A stretch of DNA of 46,811 bases from an uncultured Ilumatobacteraceae bacterium (GCA_964592165.1 CAZQEJ010000001.1:19527-66337), one strand, 5' to 3'; counted from the stretch's first letter, positions 34,414-43,439 are shown. Translations and numbers: made by a program. Notes: generated from the sequence alone by a model not told the origin.

Positions 34414-35862
34414 TCAGCCCTTGTACTCGGTCGACGGATCGATCGAGATCTTGCCCGGCTCCGTGCAGGAGAACGTGCCCGCTTCGGTCGGGTAGACCCG
34501 CTCGTAGGCGCCGTTGTGCACGCCGACGATGATCACGCAGCTCGTCGGGATGCGCTTCGAGGGCGTGGTCGGCCCGATCAAGCCGCCGGCGTCGAAGTCC
34601 TCGACCTTGGCCAGCGCGTCGAGCAGCGCGGCCCGGGTCAGCCCGTTCGGGCCCTTCTCGCCGACGACCGCGTCGACCGCCGTCCTGAACAGCTGAGCGT
34701 TGACCCACGCGTTCATCGCGAAGTTGTTGTGCGTCTGGACGTGGGCCATGAACTCCTGCATCGCCGCGTTCTCGCTCGCCTCCTCGTAGGGGAGGGTGTA
34801 GATGAACGACTGGACGCCCTCGACCTCGCTGCCACCGGCGCTGAGGAACGCCGGGTCGTAGCACACCGGGGAGCACAGCCAGACCTTGACGGTGTCCACG
34901 CCCTGGGCCTTGGCCTCGCGGTACATGCCGAGGAAGTTGTTGATCGCCGGCAGGCTGTAGACGAAGGTGGAGCCCTTCTCCTTGGCGACGGTGGCGTACG
35001 GCGTGAAGTGGTCCTGCGTGTCACGGCTGCCCGCGCCGCCCTCGACGTCGGCGACGAGGCCGAGATCGCGCTGCATGTAGCGGAAGTTGGCCATCGCCGA
35101 CTCGATCAGCGTGGGTGTGGTGTTCGCCAGGATGTACACGCCGTGGGCGTCGTCGCCGAGGACACTCTTGAGGTATTTCCCGGTCGCCGTCACCGCGGTG
35201 AGCTCGCGCACGCCGGTCTGCAGCGGGCACGGCTCACCGAGGTTCCAGGCGGAGAACGTCGACGGGTTGCACGCCTGGATCGGGCTCTGGATGAACGCGG
35301 GGGTCTCCGGCAGGCCCGTCTGGGCGCCCGCCTTGTCCTTGCAGTTGACCATCTCCGAGGTGTCGGCGACGAACAGCGAATACGTGCCGACCATGGCGAA
35401 CGCGGTCTCGCAGCCCTTGGTGTAGCCGTTGCGCGTCTCGTTGGCGTCGAGCTTGGAGTCGTAGGTCTCGACCGCGACCTTCCGGCAGGCGAGCCCGCCA
35501 GAGGCGTTGACGGCGTCCGCCCAGCCCTTCATCGCGTCGATCGCACCCTGGGCGAGCCCCGGGGCGAGGGGGGAGCCGGTGTCGGCCATGGCCATCAGGG
35601 TGATCGTGTCGGCGGTGATCCCGACCTCGGTCGCCTCCAGCGTCACTCCCGCGCACGGGTCCTTCGCTGCCTCTGTCGTGGGTGCTTCGGGTGCCGCTGT
35701 CGTAGCCGTCGAGCCGACCGGCGCGGATGCGGTCGTCGCCGGTGCCTCCGTCGGTGCAGCGGCGGTGGTCGCGCCCGACGAGTCGTTGCGTGTCCCCCCC
35801 GAACCGCATGCCGCGGCGATGAAGGCCAGCCCGAGGGCAACAGCCGTGATCCTCTTCTTCAC
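34414..35862 (-). CDS. Lipoprotein ABC substrate-binding protein, type I PBP (Leu/Ile/Val-binding-like), paralog 1
   Basis: 482 aa. GGGGGA RBS followed by GTG. Lipobox FIAAAC-G, an Ala/Thr/Pro linker, then a PBP type 1 fold with motifs such as ITLMAMADTGSPLAPG...VNASGGLACRKV. Confidence 0.85.
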   Translation of the reverse strand: MKKRITAVALGLAFIAAACGSGGTRNDSSGATTAAAPTEAPATTASAPVGSTATTAAPEAPTTEAAKDPCAGVTLEATEVGITADTITLMAMADTGSPLAPGLAQGAIDAMKGWADAVNASGGLACRKVAVETYDSKLDANETRNGYTKGCETAFAMVGTYSLFVADTSEMVNCKDKAGAQTGLPETPAFIQSPIQACNPSTFSAWNLGEPCPLQTGVRELTAVTATGKYLKSVLGDDAHGVYILANTTPTLIESAMANFRYMQRDLGLVADVEGGAGSRDTQDHFTPYATVAKEKGSTFVYSLPAINNFLGMYREAKAQGVDTVKVWLCSPVCYDPAFLSAGGSEVEGVQSFIYTLPYEEASENAAMQEFMAHVQTHNNFAMNAWVNAQLFRTAVDAVVGEKGPNGLTRAALLDALAKVEDFDAGGLIGPTTPSKRIPTSCVIIVGVHNGAYERVYPTEAGTFSCTEPGKISIDPSTEYKG

Positions 35863-35946
35863 ACTTCCCCCTTTGGTCGGAATGCTCCGACGACGTTACG
35901 GCGATGTGTGCGTCGTCACCTAGCTGTGCCGTGCGCCACGCGATGG

Positions 35947-37404
35947 TCAGCCCTTGGCCTCCGCTGCCGGATCGAGGGTGATCGTTCCCAGATCGGTGCA
36001 GAAGAACTTTCCCGGCTCGGTCGGGTAGGCCCGGCGGTACGCGCCGTCCTGCACCTCGACGATCACCAGGCAGCGACCGGGATTGCGATCCGCGGGCGTC
36101 GACGGGCCGATCAGGCCCCCGGCGTCGAAGTCCTTGATCTTGCCCAGTGCCTCGATCACCGCGGCTCGGGTGATCCCGTTCGGGCCCTTCTCGGCGACGA
36201 CCGCGTCGACCGCCGTGGCGAACAGGTCGGCAGCGATCCAGGCGTTGATCGCGAAGTTGTTCTTCGTCGGTGAGTACTTGACGAAGTCCTGCAGCTCGGC
36301 GTTGAGCGACTCCTCCTCGTAGGGGAGCGTGTTCAGGTACGACTGCACCCCTTCCACATCGGCGCCCCCCGCCTTGAGGAAGGCGGGGTCGTAGCACGTC
36401 GTGCCGCACAGCCAGAGCTTGACGGTGTCCACGCCTTGGGCCTTGGCCTCCTTGTACAGGCCGAGGAAGCTGTTGTAGTTCGGCTGGGAGAAGACGAAGT
36501 TGGAGCCCTTGTCCTTCATCGTCGTGGCGAACGGCGTGAAGTGGTCCTGGGTGTCGCTGCTCGCCGCCCCGCCCTCGGCGTCGGCGGTCAGGCCGAGATC
36601 CTTCTGCATGTAGCGGAACGTGGCCATCGCCGACTGGATCAGCGTGGGCGTCGCGTTGGCGTAGAGGTACATGCCGTGGGCGTTCTCGCCGACGACGGTT
36701 CGGATGTAGTTCCCGGGCGCGCTCTGCACGTGCAGCTCACGCACCCCGTCCTTCGGGGGGCAGGGCTCGCCGAGGTTGTTCACCCCGAACGTCGACGGGT
36801 TGCAGGCCTGCAACGTGGACTGGATCACCGCCGGTGTCTCCGGGATCCCGATCTTCGCTCCCGTCTTGTCCGGGCAGTCGCTCAACGCCGAGATGTCGGC
36901 GACGAACAAGGAGTACGTGCCGACCATGGCGAACGCCGACTCGCAGCCCTTGGTGTAGCCGTTGCGCACCTCGTTGGCGTCGAGCTTGGAGTCGTACGTC
37001 TCGAGGACGATCGTGCGGCACGCGCCGCCGCCGTTTGCGTTGGCCCGCTCGACCCATCCCTTCATCGCGTCCACAGCGCCCTGGGCAAGCCCCGGGGCAA
37101 GCGGGGAACCGGTGTCGGCCATGACCATCAAGGTGATCGTGTCGGCCGTGATCCCGGTGTCGGTCGCCTCGAGGGTGACGCCGGCGCAGGGATCCTTGGC
37201 CATCTCCGTCGTCGGCGCCTGGGAAGTGCTCCCCGATGGTGCACCGGTCGTGGCAGGGGCTGCCGTCGTTGCTGCCGGCGCGACGGTCGTCGCTGCAGGG
37301 GCCACCGTCGTCGCCGAACCGGCATCGTTGCGCGACCCGCCCGAGCCGCACCCACCGGCGACCATCGCCAGACCGACTGCTGCCGCGATCAGTGATCGTC
37401 TCAT
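35947..37404 (-). CDS. Lipoprotein ABC substrate-binding protein, paralog 2
   Basis: 485 aa. AAGGGGGAG RBS followed by ATG. Lipobox MVAGGC-G. About two-thirds or more identical to paralogs 1 and 3 by eye. Confidence 0.85.
   Translation of the reverse strand: MRRSLIAAAVGLAMVAGGCGSGGSRNDAGSATTVAPAATTVAPAATTAAPATTGAPSGSTSQAPTTEMAKDPCAGVTLEATDTGITADTITLMVMADTGSPLAPGLAQGAVDAMKGWVERANANGGGACRTIVLETYDSKLDANEVRNGYTKGCESAFAMVGTYSLFVADISALSDCPDKTGAKIGIPETPAVIQSTLQACNPSTFGVNNLGEPCPPKDGVRELHVQSAPGNYIRTVVGENAHGMYLYANATPTLIQSAMATFRYMQKDLGLTADAEGGAASSDTQDHFTPFATTMKDKGSNFVFSQPNYNSFLGLYKEAKAQGVDTVKLWLCGTTCYDPAFLKAGGADVEGVQSYLNTLPYEEESLNAELQDFVKYSPTKNNFAINAWIAADLFATAVDAVVAEKGPNGITRAAVIEALGKIKDFDAGGLIGPSTPADRNPGRCLVIVEVQDGAYRRAYPTEPGKFFCTDLGTITLDPAAEAKG
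37252..37314 (-). repeat. Three imperfect 21-nt tandem repeats encoding ATTVAPA-ATTVAPA-ATTAAPA in the paralog 2 linker
   Basis: Seen in the translation and in the DNA (tgcaggggccaccgtcgtcgc-type units). It is a low-complexity lipoprotein tether. Confidence 0.6.
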
Positions 37405-37489
37405 CGCTCCCCCTTTGCGACTGTGCCCGGGGAAGTTAGGCGACGTCGTTGCGCCCCGTCCAGGGTCGGGGCCGTGACATCGGGCCAGC

Positions 37490-37522
37490 GGGGCTGCCGA
37501 CCGGGGGACGGCCGGCAGCCCC
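37490..37522 (-). terminator. Hairpin terminator after binding-protein paralog 3
   Basis: GGGGCTGCCGACCG-gggga-CGGCCGGCAGCCCC forms a 14-bp stem with one mismatch, 30 nt past the stop at 37552. Confidence 0.5.
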
Positions 37523-37551
37523 CGAGGAGCGGGTGGGCGGTGCCGAGAGGG

Positions 37552-39000
37552 TCAGCCCTTGAACTCGGTGGACGGGTCGATCGAGATCTTCCCTGGCTGG
37601 GTGCAGTGGAACGTACCGGGCTCGGCGGGGAAGACCCGATGGAACGCTCCGTCGCGCACCTCCACGGTGACGATGCACGTCGCCGGGATCCGCTGCGAGG
37701 GCGTCGCCGGGCCGATCAGGCCGCCCGCGTCGAAGTCCTTCACCTTGCCGAGCGCCTCGATCACGTTCGCCCTGGTCAGCGCGTTCGGTCCCTGCTCGTC
37801 GACGATGGTGTTCACCGCTGTCGCGAACAGTTCGGCAGAGAGCCAGGCGGCGAAGGAGAACGTGTTGTGAGTGGCCACGTTGTCGACGAACTTCTTCATC
37901 GCCGGGCTGACGTCGGCCTCTTCGAACGGTAGGCCGGTGAGGATCACCTGCACGCCGTCGAGTTGGCTTCCGCCAGCCTTGATGAACGCGGGGTCGTAGC
38001 ACGTCGTCGTGCACAGCCAGAGCTTGACGGTGTCGACACCCTGTGACTTCGCTTCTTGGAACAGGCCGATGAAGCTCTTGAACGCGGGGAGGAAGTAGAC
38101 GAAGTTGGAGCCCTTGTCCTTCATCGTCGTGGCGAACGGCGTGAAGTGGTCCTGGGTGTCGGTGCTCGCCGCGCCGGCCTCGACGTCAGGGACGATGCCC
38201 TGCACGTTTTGCATGTAGCGGAAGTTGGCCATTGCCGACTGGATCAGCGTCGGTGTCGCGCTGGCCAGGATGAACACGCCGTGCGGATCGTCCCCGACGA
38301 CCGAGCGGATGTACTCGCCCGTTGCGGAGGTCACGGTCAACTCGCGCACGCCCGTCTGCGGTGGGCACGGTTCGCCGAGGTTGGTGAAGCTGAACGTGCT
38401 CGGGTTGCACGCCTGGAGCGTGCTCTGGATGACTGCGGGAACCTCCGGGATCCCGATCCTTGCTCCGGTCTTGTCGGGGCACTCGCTCATCGCCGAGATG
38501 TCGGCGACGAACAGGGAGTACGTGCCGACCATGGCGAACGCCGACTCGCAGCCCTTGGTGTAGCCATTGCGCACCTCGTTGGCGTCGAGCCGCGAGTCGT
38601 ACTCCTCGACGACGACCTTGCGGCAGGCGAGCCCTCCGTTGGCGTTGGTCATCGCCGCCCAGCCCTTCATCGCCTCGACCGCGCCGGTTGCCAGTCCGGG
38701 GGAGAGGGGTGAACCGGTGTCGGCCATGATCATCAGCGTGATCGTGTCGGCGGTGATTCCGGTCTCGGTCGCTTCCAGCGTGACGCCGGCGCAGGGGTCC
38801 TTGGCCGCTTCGGTGGTCGGCGCGGCTGTCGACGGCGCCGCGGTGTCGCCCGCCTGGCCGGTGGCCGCGGTCGTGGCGGGTGGCGGGGGCGCCGTGTTCG
38901 CTGCCGCGGTCGTCGCGCTGCTGCCTCGCTCACCTCCCGATCCGCACGCTGCGGCGAGCAGCGCCAGGCCGAGAGCAGCGGCCGTCAGTCTCCGTCTCAC
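37552..39000 (-). CDS. Lipoprotein ABC substrate-binding protein, paralog 3
   Basis: The GTG at 39000 is chosen over the track start at 39021 because it has the same GGGGGAAAC RBS context as the other two paralogs. Lipobox LLAAAC-G. 482 aa. Confidence 0.85.
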   Translation of the reverse strand: MRRRLTAAALGLALLAAACGSGGERGSSATTAAANTAPPPPATTAATGQAGDTAAPSTAAPTTEAAKDPCAGVTLEATETGITADTITLMIMADTGSPLSPGLATGAVEAMKGWAAMTNANGGLACRKVVVEEYDSRLDANEVRNGYTKGCESAFAMVGTYSLFVADISAMSECPDKTGARIGIPEVPAVIQSTLQACNPSTFSFTNLGEPCPPQTGVRELTVTSATGEYIRSVVGDDPHGVFILASATPTLIQSAMANFRYMQNVQGIVPDVEAGAASTDTQDHFTPFATTMKDKGSNFVYFLPAFKSFIGLFQEAKSQGVDTVKLWLCTTTCYDPAFIKAGGSQLDGVQVILTGLPFEEADVSPAMKKFVDNVATHNTFSFAAWLSAELFATAVNTIVDEQGPNALTRANVIEALGKVKDFDAGGLIGPATPSQRIPATCIVTVEVRDGAFHRVFPAEPGTFHCTQPGKISIDPSTEFKG

Positions 39001-39112
39001 GTTTCCCCCTAGAGGTCGCACCAGGCGCCCTACGGTAGAACAGGACTCTAGTTCAGATCCACCGGAGGTACTCTCCGGGGGCGTGACGGGGGTCTCTCGG
39101 GAGTGCGGGCGA

Positions 39113-39940
39113 TCAGTCGCGTGACTGGAGGGCGACGGCGCCGAGGATCAGGGCGATCCCGGCGGACTCGACAGGGCGAGGGAACTGGGACAGGACGACC
39201 ATCCCCATGGCGGCAGCGATCACCGGGAGCAGCGCTTGGAGGACGGCGAAACGACGGGCCGTGACCCGGCGGAGCACCGCTTGGTCGATCGCGTAGGGGA
39301 TCGCGCTGGAGAGCACGCCGACGAGCACCCCGGCGAGCACGAGCCGCGGGTGGCTGCCGATCGGTGCGAGGCCACCTGCGCTGGTCGCGGCGAAGGGAAG
39401 GAGAACCACCGAGCCCACGGCGAGCCCGATGGCCAGCCCGACCACGCTGCGCTGCAGGCGGGCCACCCGCCACCCGGTGACGATGTACCCAGCCCACATC
39501 GCCGAGGCGGCGAGCACGTAGGCCAGCCCGAGTGGGTCGAACTCGAAGCGAGAGAGGACGACCACGCCGGCCAGCGCCGCGCCGAGGGCGAGAGCGTTGC
39601 GCGCCGTGCGCGTCGTCGCCGCGGCGACGGCGACGGGGCCGAGGAACTCGATCGCCACCGCCTTGCCCAGGTCGAGACGGTCGAGAGCGAGGTAGATCGA
39701 CAGGTTCATCAACGCGGTCGCCGTCCCGAAGGCGCAGACGACCAGGACGTCGCGGCGGGGCCAGCCGCGCCAGCCCTGCCGGCCGGCGACGGCGGCGAGA
39801 ACGGCGGCCCCCCCGACGACGCGCAACATCGCCACGAGCTGGGGGGAGGCCTCGTCGAACAGCCGCACGGCGATCGACGCCCCCGCGTACTGGGCGACCC
39901 CCCCGAGGACGAACAGTGCCTCCGGCGACGCCGTCGCCAT
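39113..39940 (-). CDS. EamA/DMT-family transporter
   Basis: About 275 aa from the ATG at 39940. Ten hydrophobic segments in a duplicated 5+5 EamA pattern. The start is uncertain (an upstream GTG is possible). Confidence 0.7.
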   Translation of the reverse strand: MATASPEALFVLGGVAQYAGASIAVRLFDEASPQLVAMLRVVGGAAVLAAVAGRQGWRGWPRRDVLVVCAFGTATALMNLSIYLALDRLDLGKAVAIEFLGPVAVAAATTRTARNALALGAALAGVVVLSRFEFDPLGLAYVLAASAMWAGYIVTGWRVARLQRSVVGLAIGLAVGSVVLLPFAATSAGGLAPIGSHPRLVLAGVLVGVLSSAIPYAIDQAVLRRVTARRFAVLQALLPVIAAAMGMVVLSQFPRPVESAGIALILGAVALQSRD

Positions 39941-40010
39941 CCACCCGGGTGCGCGCCGCTGGCCGGGCACGAGCGCCACGCTACTTCGCGGGTCGCGTCG
40001 GTACGTTGGC

Positions 40011-41357
40011 GTGGCCATGGCTCGCTTCCGCATCTTCGGGATCCCCGTCCAGGTCGATCCCTGGTTCGTCCTCGGGCTGCTGTTCATCTACAGCTACTCC
40101 GGTGGGCACCGGGTGGGGGCGTTCGCCACGATCGCGATCGGGGTGTTCACCCTCGTCCACGAGCTCGGCCATGCGCTCGTCGCCCGCTACTACGGCTGTG
40201 AGGTGTCGATCCGCCTCAACCTGTTCGTCGGGTGGGCGTCGTACTCCTCGGCCCAGCCGTTGTCCCGCCGCCAACAGGTGGTGATCAGCCTGTTCGGCCC
40301 TCTCAGCCAGCTCGGGGGGGCGCTCGCGGCGATGGGTGTCGTCCATCAGCTGTTCGGCCGGGGAACGATCGATCGGGCCGTGCTGTTCGATCTGTGGCAG
40401 GGCCTGAGCTGGGCGGGCGTCGTCATCGCCCTGCTCAACCTGCTCCCCCTGTGGCCGCTCGACGGCGGTCATGTCGTGCGCCACATCCTCGGGATCTGGC
40501 TCTCCGACCGGCGGGCGTTGCGTGCCGTGCTGTACCTGTCGCTCGCCGGCCTCGCCGTGTTGGTCGTCGTCGGAGTGTTGGCCCAGAACGGTGGCTTCCT
40601 CGCCGACCAGCGCGTCGCCGCACCCCGCCGAGCGGCCTTCGCTCTGTTCCGCCCGTCGCTGATCAGCGCGCTGTGGGCGCAGATCGCCGCGTTCCCTGCC
40701 TACTTGTTGACGATCCCCTGGTTCTTGATCCTGTTCAGCGGGCTGCTCACGTTGCAGGCGTTGAACCAGCTCTCGACTCGTCCCGTGGCCCAGGCCCCCG
40801 GTGACGCCTCGTTCGTCGACGCCTCGGTCGTCACCGCCGAGGCTCGGGGGTGGGTGGAGCATCGCGTGCCCCAGCTGCCCGCGGGGTGGAGCGCATCGCC
40901 CTGGCTCCTCGCCCATGTTGCCTTGCGCGCCGGTGACACGAGAGGCGCCGACGCCGCGCTGGCTCAGGTGACGACCGGGGGCCGGCGATGGGTGCTCCCC
41001 GATCCCGGCCGTGCCGAGATCGAGGAGTTGGTCGCCCGCGTGCCCCGGCCGTTGCCGATCGGGGAGACCGGGCCCAGCCTGATGCTTGCCCGGGTACTGG
41101 GTGCGCACGGCGACCCGGTCGAGTTGCTCCACTACTGCGCCGCGTTGTACGAGCGCAGCGGGGTCGTCGAGGCGCTGCTCGTCGCTGCCGGCGCGCTCGT
41201 CCGGCGGGGCTTCCCCGACGATGCGATGCGTTGGCTCGAGCGGGCGATGCACGAGCAGCCCGACCTCGGGCGCTTGGCGACGGACCCCGCGTTCCTCTCC
41301 TTGCACCAGCGCGACGACTTCCGCCGGCTCGTCGAACACGTCCGCCTGGCGACCTGA
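40011..41357 (+). CDS. M50 (site-2 protease) family metalloprotease with a C-terminal soluble helical extension of about 190 aa
   Basis: HELGH zinc motif in TM helix 2-3 and an NLLPLWPLDGG motif. The C-terminal third is non-membrane and alpha-helical-looking. Start is the GTG at 40011 or the ATG at 40017. Confidence 0.8.
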   Translation: MAMARFRIFGIPVQVDPWFVLGLLFIYSYSGGHRVGAFATIAIGVFTLVHELGHALVARYYGCEVSIRLNLFVGWASYSSAQPLSRRQQVVISLFGPLSQLGGALAAMGVVHQLFGRGTIDRAVLFDLWQGLSWAGVVIALLNLLPLWPLDGGHVVRHILGIWLSDRRALRAVLYLSLAGLAVLVVVGVLAQNGGFLADQRVAAPRRAAFALFRPSLISALWAQIAAFPAYLLTIPWFLILFSGLLTLQALNQLSTRPVAQAPGDASFVDASVVTAEARGWVEHRVPQLPAGWSASPWLLAHVALRAGDTRGADAALAQVTTGGRRWVLPDPGRAEIEELVARVPRPLPIGETGPSLMLARVLGAHGDPVELLHYCAALYERSGVVEALLVAAGALVRRGFPDDAMRWLERAMHEQPDLGRLATDPAFLSLHQRDDFRRLVEHVRLAT

Positions 41358-41374
41358 CACCACCCCCCGCTCCG

Positions 41375-41427
41375 CCCAACTTTGGAGGAAGTTGCCGTGT
41401 GAGAGCCGGACAACCTCCAAAGTTGGG
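41375..41427. terminator. Long hairpin (14-bp perfect arms) between the convergent M50 and nitroreductase genes
   Basis: CCCAACTTTGGAGG-N25-CCTCCAAAGTTGGG, with additional imperfect inner pairing (GTTGCCG/CGGACAAC). The arms are unusually AT-rich for this DNA. Confidence 0.6.
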
Positions 41428-41436
41428 GGGCCTGGG

Positions 41437-42009
41437 TCAGTGGGAGATGATCGTCAGGTGGGTCGGGGGGCGTTCGGGGGCCTCGGCGGGCGACGATGCC
41501 CAGCCGAGGTAGGTCAACGAGACGATCGTCGTCCCCAGCTCGAAGCCGCACAGCTCGGCGACCGCATCGTTCGCCCCCTTCGGGCAGGAGCTCCAGAAGC
41601 TGGCCAACCCGAGCGTCGTCGCCGCGAGGAGCATGTTCTGGTGTCCAGCGGCGACGGTGTAGCGGTTCTCCGTGCTGCGTAGCGGTGAGTCGCCGGGGGC
41701 GGCTCCGACGGCGAGCATCGCCGGGGTACGCAGGTACTTGACCCGTGCCTTGGCGATCCTGGCCGCCTCGTCGCCGTGGGCCTCCATCGCCGTGGCGACG
41801 GTCTCGCCGAGGTGAGCCCGCCCCTCGCCGACGAACACGGCGAACCGGCAGGGCCAGGTGCGCTTGTGGTTCGGGGCCCACTGGGCGAGCTCGCAGAGCT
41901 CGTGGACGAGCTCGACCGGAACCTCCCGCTCCTTGTCGACGTGCATGCTCGTGCGCCGGGCGTGGATCAGTGCGCGCAGGTCGTCGAAGTCAACACCCAT
42001 GGGCTGCAT
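41437..42009 (-). CDS. Nitroreductase-family (FMN) protein
   Basis: 190 aa from the ATG at 42009. Nitroreductase-fold motifs: RRTSMHVDKEREVP...LCELAQWAPNHKRTWP...AAGHQNMLLAAT. Confidence 0.8.
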   Translation of the reverse strand: MQPMGVDFDDLRALIHARRTSMHVDKEREVPVELVHELCELAQWAPNHKRTWPCRFAVFVGEGRAHLGETVATAMEAHGDEAARIAKARVKYLRTPAMLAVGAAPGDSPLRSTENRYTVAAGHQNMLLAATTLGLASFWSSCPKGANDAVAELCGFELGTTIVSLTYLGWASSPAEAPERPPTHLTIISH

Positions 42010-42054
42010 GATGCCGCCCAGTCCCGCCGAACGCTCGCCGGTAGCGTTCCGCCG

Positions 42055-42897
42055 ATGTCCAGCGGCACCGGCGGGTCGGTCGTCATCCCCGCGCACAACG
42101 AGCAGGCCGTGATCGGCAGGACGCTGGCCACGCTCACCGACGGGCTGGACCTGGGCGCCGTGCGCGTGGTCGTCGTGGCCAATGGCTGCGCCGACCGCAC
42201 CGCCGGGATCGCCCGCGCGGTGCCGGGCGTGGAGGTGATCGAGATCCCCGCCTCGGGCAAGACCGGGGCGCTGAACGCGGGGGAGGCGGTGCTCAGTGAG
42301 GCGATGCCCCGCCTGTATCTCGACGCCGACATCGAACTCACCGGGCGGGCGGCGACCGCCGTGCTCGACGCCCTCCGGGCCGGGGCGATCGCGGCCCGCC
42401 CGCCGATCACGTTCCACACAGCGCAGAGCGCCTGGCCGGTGCGTCGCTACTTCGCGGCGAACGCGCGGATCCCGAGCGTGATGGCCGAGCTGTGCGGGGG
42501 AGGGGCCTACGGGTTGTCGACCACCGCCCGGGCGCGCTTCGCCGAGTACCCCGACGTGGTCGCCGACGATCTGTTCATCTCCCGGATCGTCGCTCCGGAG
42601 GAGGTGACGGTCGTCGACACCGACCCGCTCGTCGTACGCGTCCCGCGCACGACGAGGGCACTCCTCGCCATCCTCCGCCGCTCCGTGCGGGGCAACAGGG
42701 AGTTCGCCGCGGCGATGCCGGACCTCGCCCGGGACACGACCGGATCGACGACGGCCGGACTTCGTGCCCAGCTCCGCTCCTGGCGCACGGCACCGGATGC
42801 GCTCGTCTACGCCTGTTTCGCCGTCGCTGCCCGCCTGCTCGTCCGCTTCGGCAAGCAGCCGGTGACGTGGGAGCGTGACGACACCTCGCGCACCTGA
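42055..42897 (+). CDS. Family 2 glycosyltransferase (GT-A fold)
   Basis: 280 aa from the ATG at 42055. Contains VVIPAHNEQAVIGRTL...VVANGCADRTA...GKTGALNAG...YLDADI (the DxD region). Confidence 0.8.
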   Translation: MSSGTGGSVVIPAHNEQAVIGRTLATLTDGLDLGAVRVVVVANGCADRTAGIARAVPGVEVIEIPASGKTGALNAGEAVLSEAMPRLYLDADIELTGRAATAVLDALRAGAIAARPPITFHTAQSAWPVRRYFAANARIPSVMAELCGGGAYGLSTTARARFAEYPDVVADDLFISRIVAPEEVTVVDTDPLVVRVPRTTRALLAILRRSVRGNREFAAAMPDLARDTTGSTTAGLRAQLRSWRTAPDALVYACFAVAARLLVRFGKQPVTWERDDTSRT

Positions 42898-42969
42898 CCC
42901 TGCCGGGCGGGAGCGCCCGGCACACGGCCCGAGGCGCCGCCCGCGCCCGCTGGGCGCGACGAGGGTTCC

Positions 42970-43353
42970 TCAGGACGCGGTGAGCGCGGTGAGCTGCCGT
43001 TCGAAGCTGCCCATGTCGAAGTAGTCGCGCCACAGGGTGATCAGGCCCGAGTCGTCGACCTCGAACACCCCGGCGACGGGCAGCTCCAACCAGCCGTCAC
43101 CGATGTGGAAGCGGTCCACGCGCTCATTGAACACGACGTCGCCGGCTTCGTGCTGGCGGAGGATCTGCCAGTCGAGCTCGGAGGCCAGGCCCAGGTATCC
43201 GCGCAGCGCCGCCGCCAGAGCCTCGCGCCCGATGATCGGACCGATCGGCATGTTCTCGTAGGAGATTCCCTCCGCGGCGAGGGCGACGGCGGCATCGACG
43301 TCCATCCGTTCGATCGCCCGGAGGAACTCGGTGACCACCTCTGCTGCGCCCAT
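42970..43353 (-). CDS. Limonene-1,2-epoxide hydrolase / SnoaL-like (NTF2 fold) protein
   Basis: 127 aa. VVTEFLRAIERMDVDAAVAL...ISYENMPIGPI...ITLWRDYFDM resembles the LEH family. Confidence 0.7.
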   Translation of the reverse strand: MGAAEVVTEFLRAIERMDVDAAVALAAEGISYENMPIGPIIGREALAAALRGYLGLASELDWQILRQHEAGDVVFNERVDRFHIGDGWLELPVAGVFEVDDSGLITLWRDYFDMGSFERQLTALTAS

Positions 43354-43439
43354 CGCGTCACCGTACTACCGCGCCGGAACGAGGCAGGACGGACGTGGCC
43401 GGTCACGTCGAGGTGGGCACGCGATCGTCGTCGGCGCGC

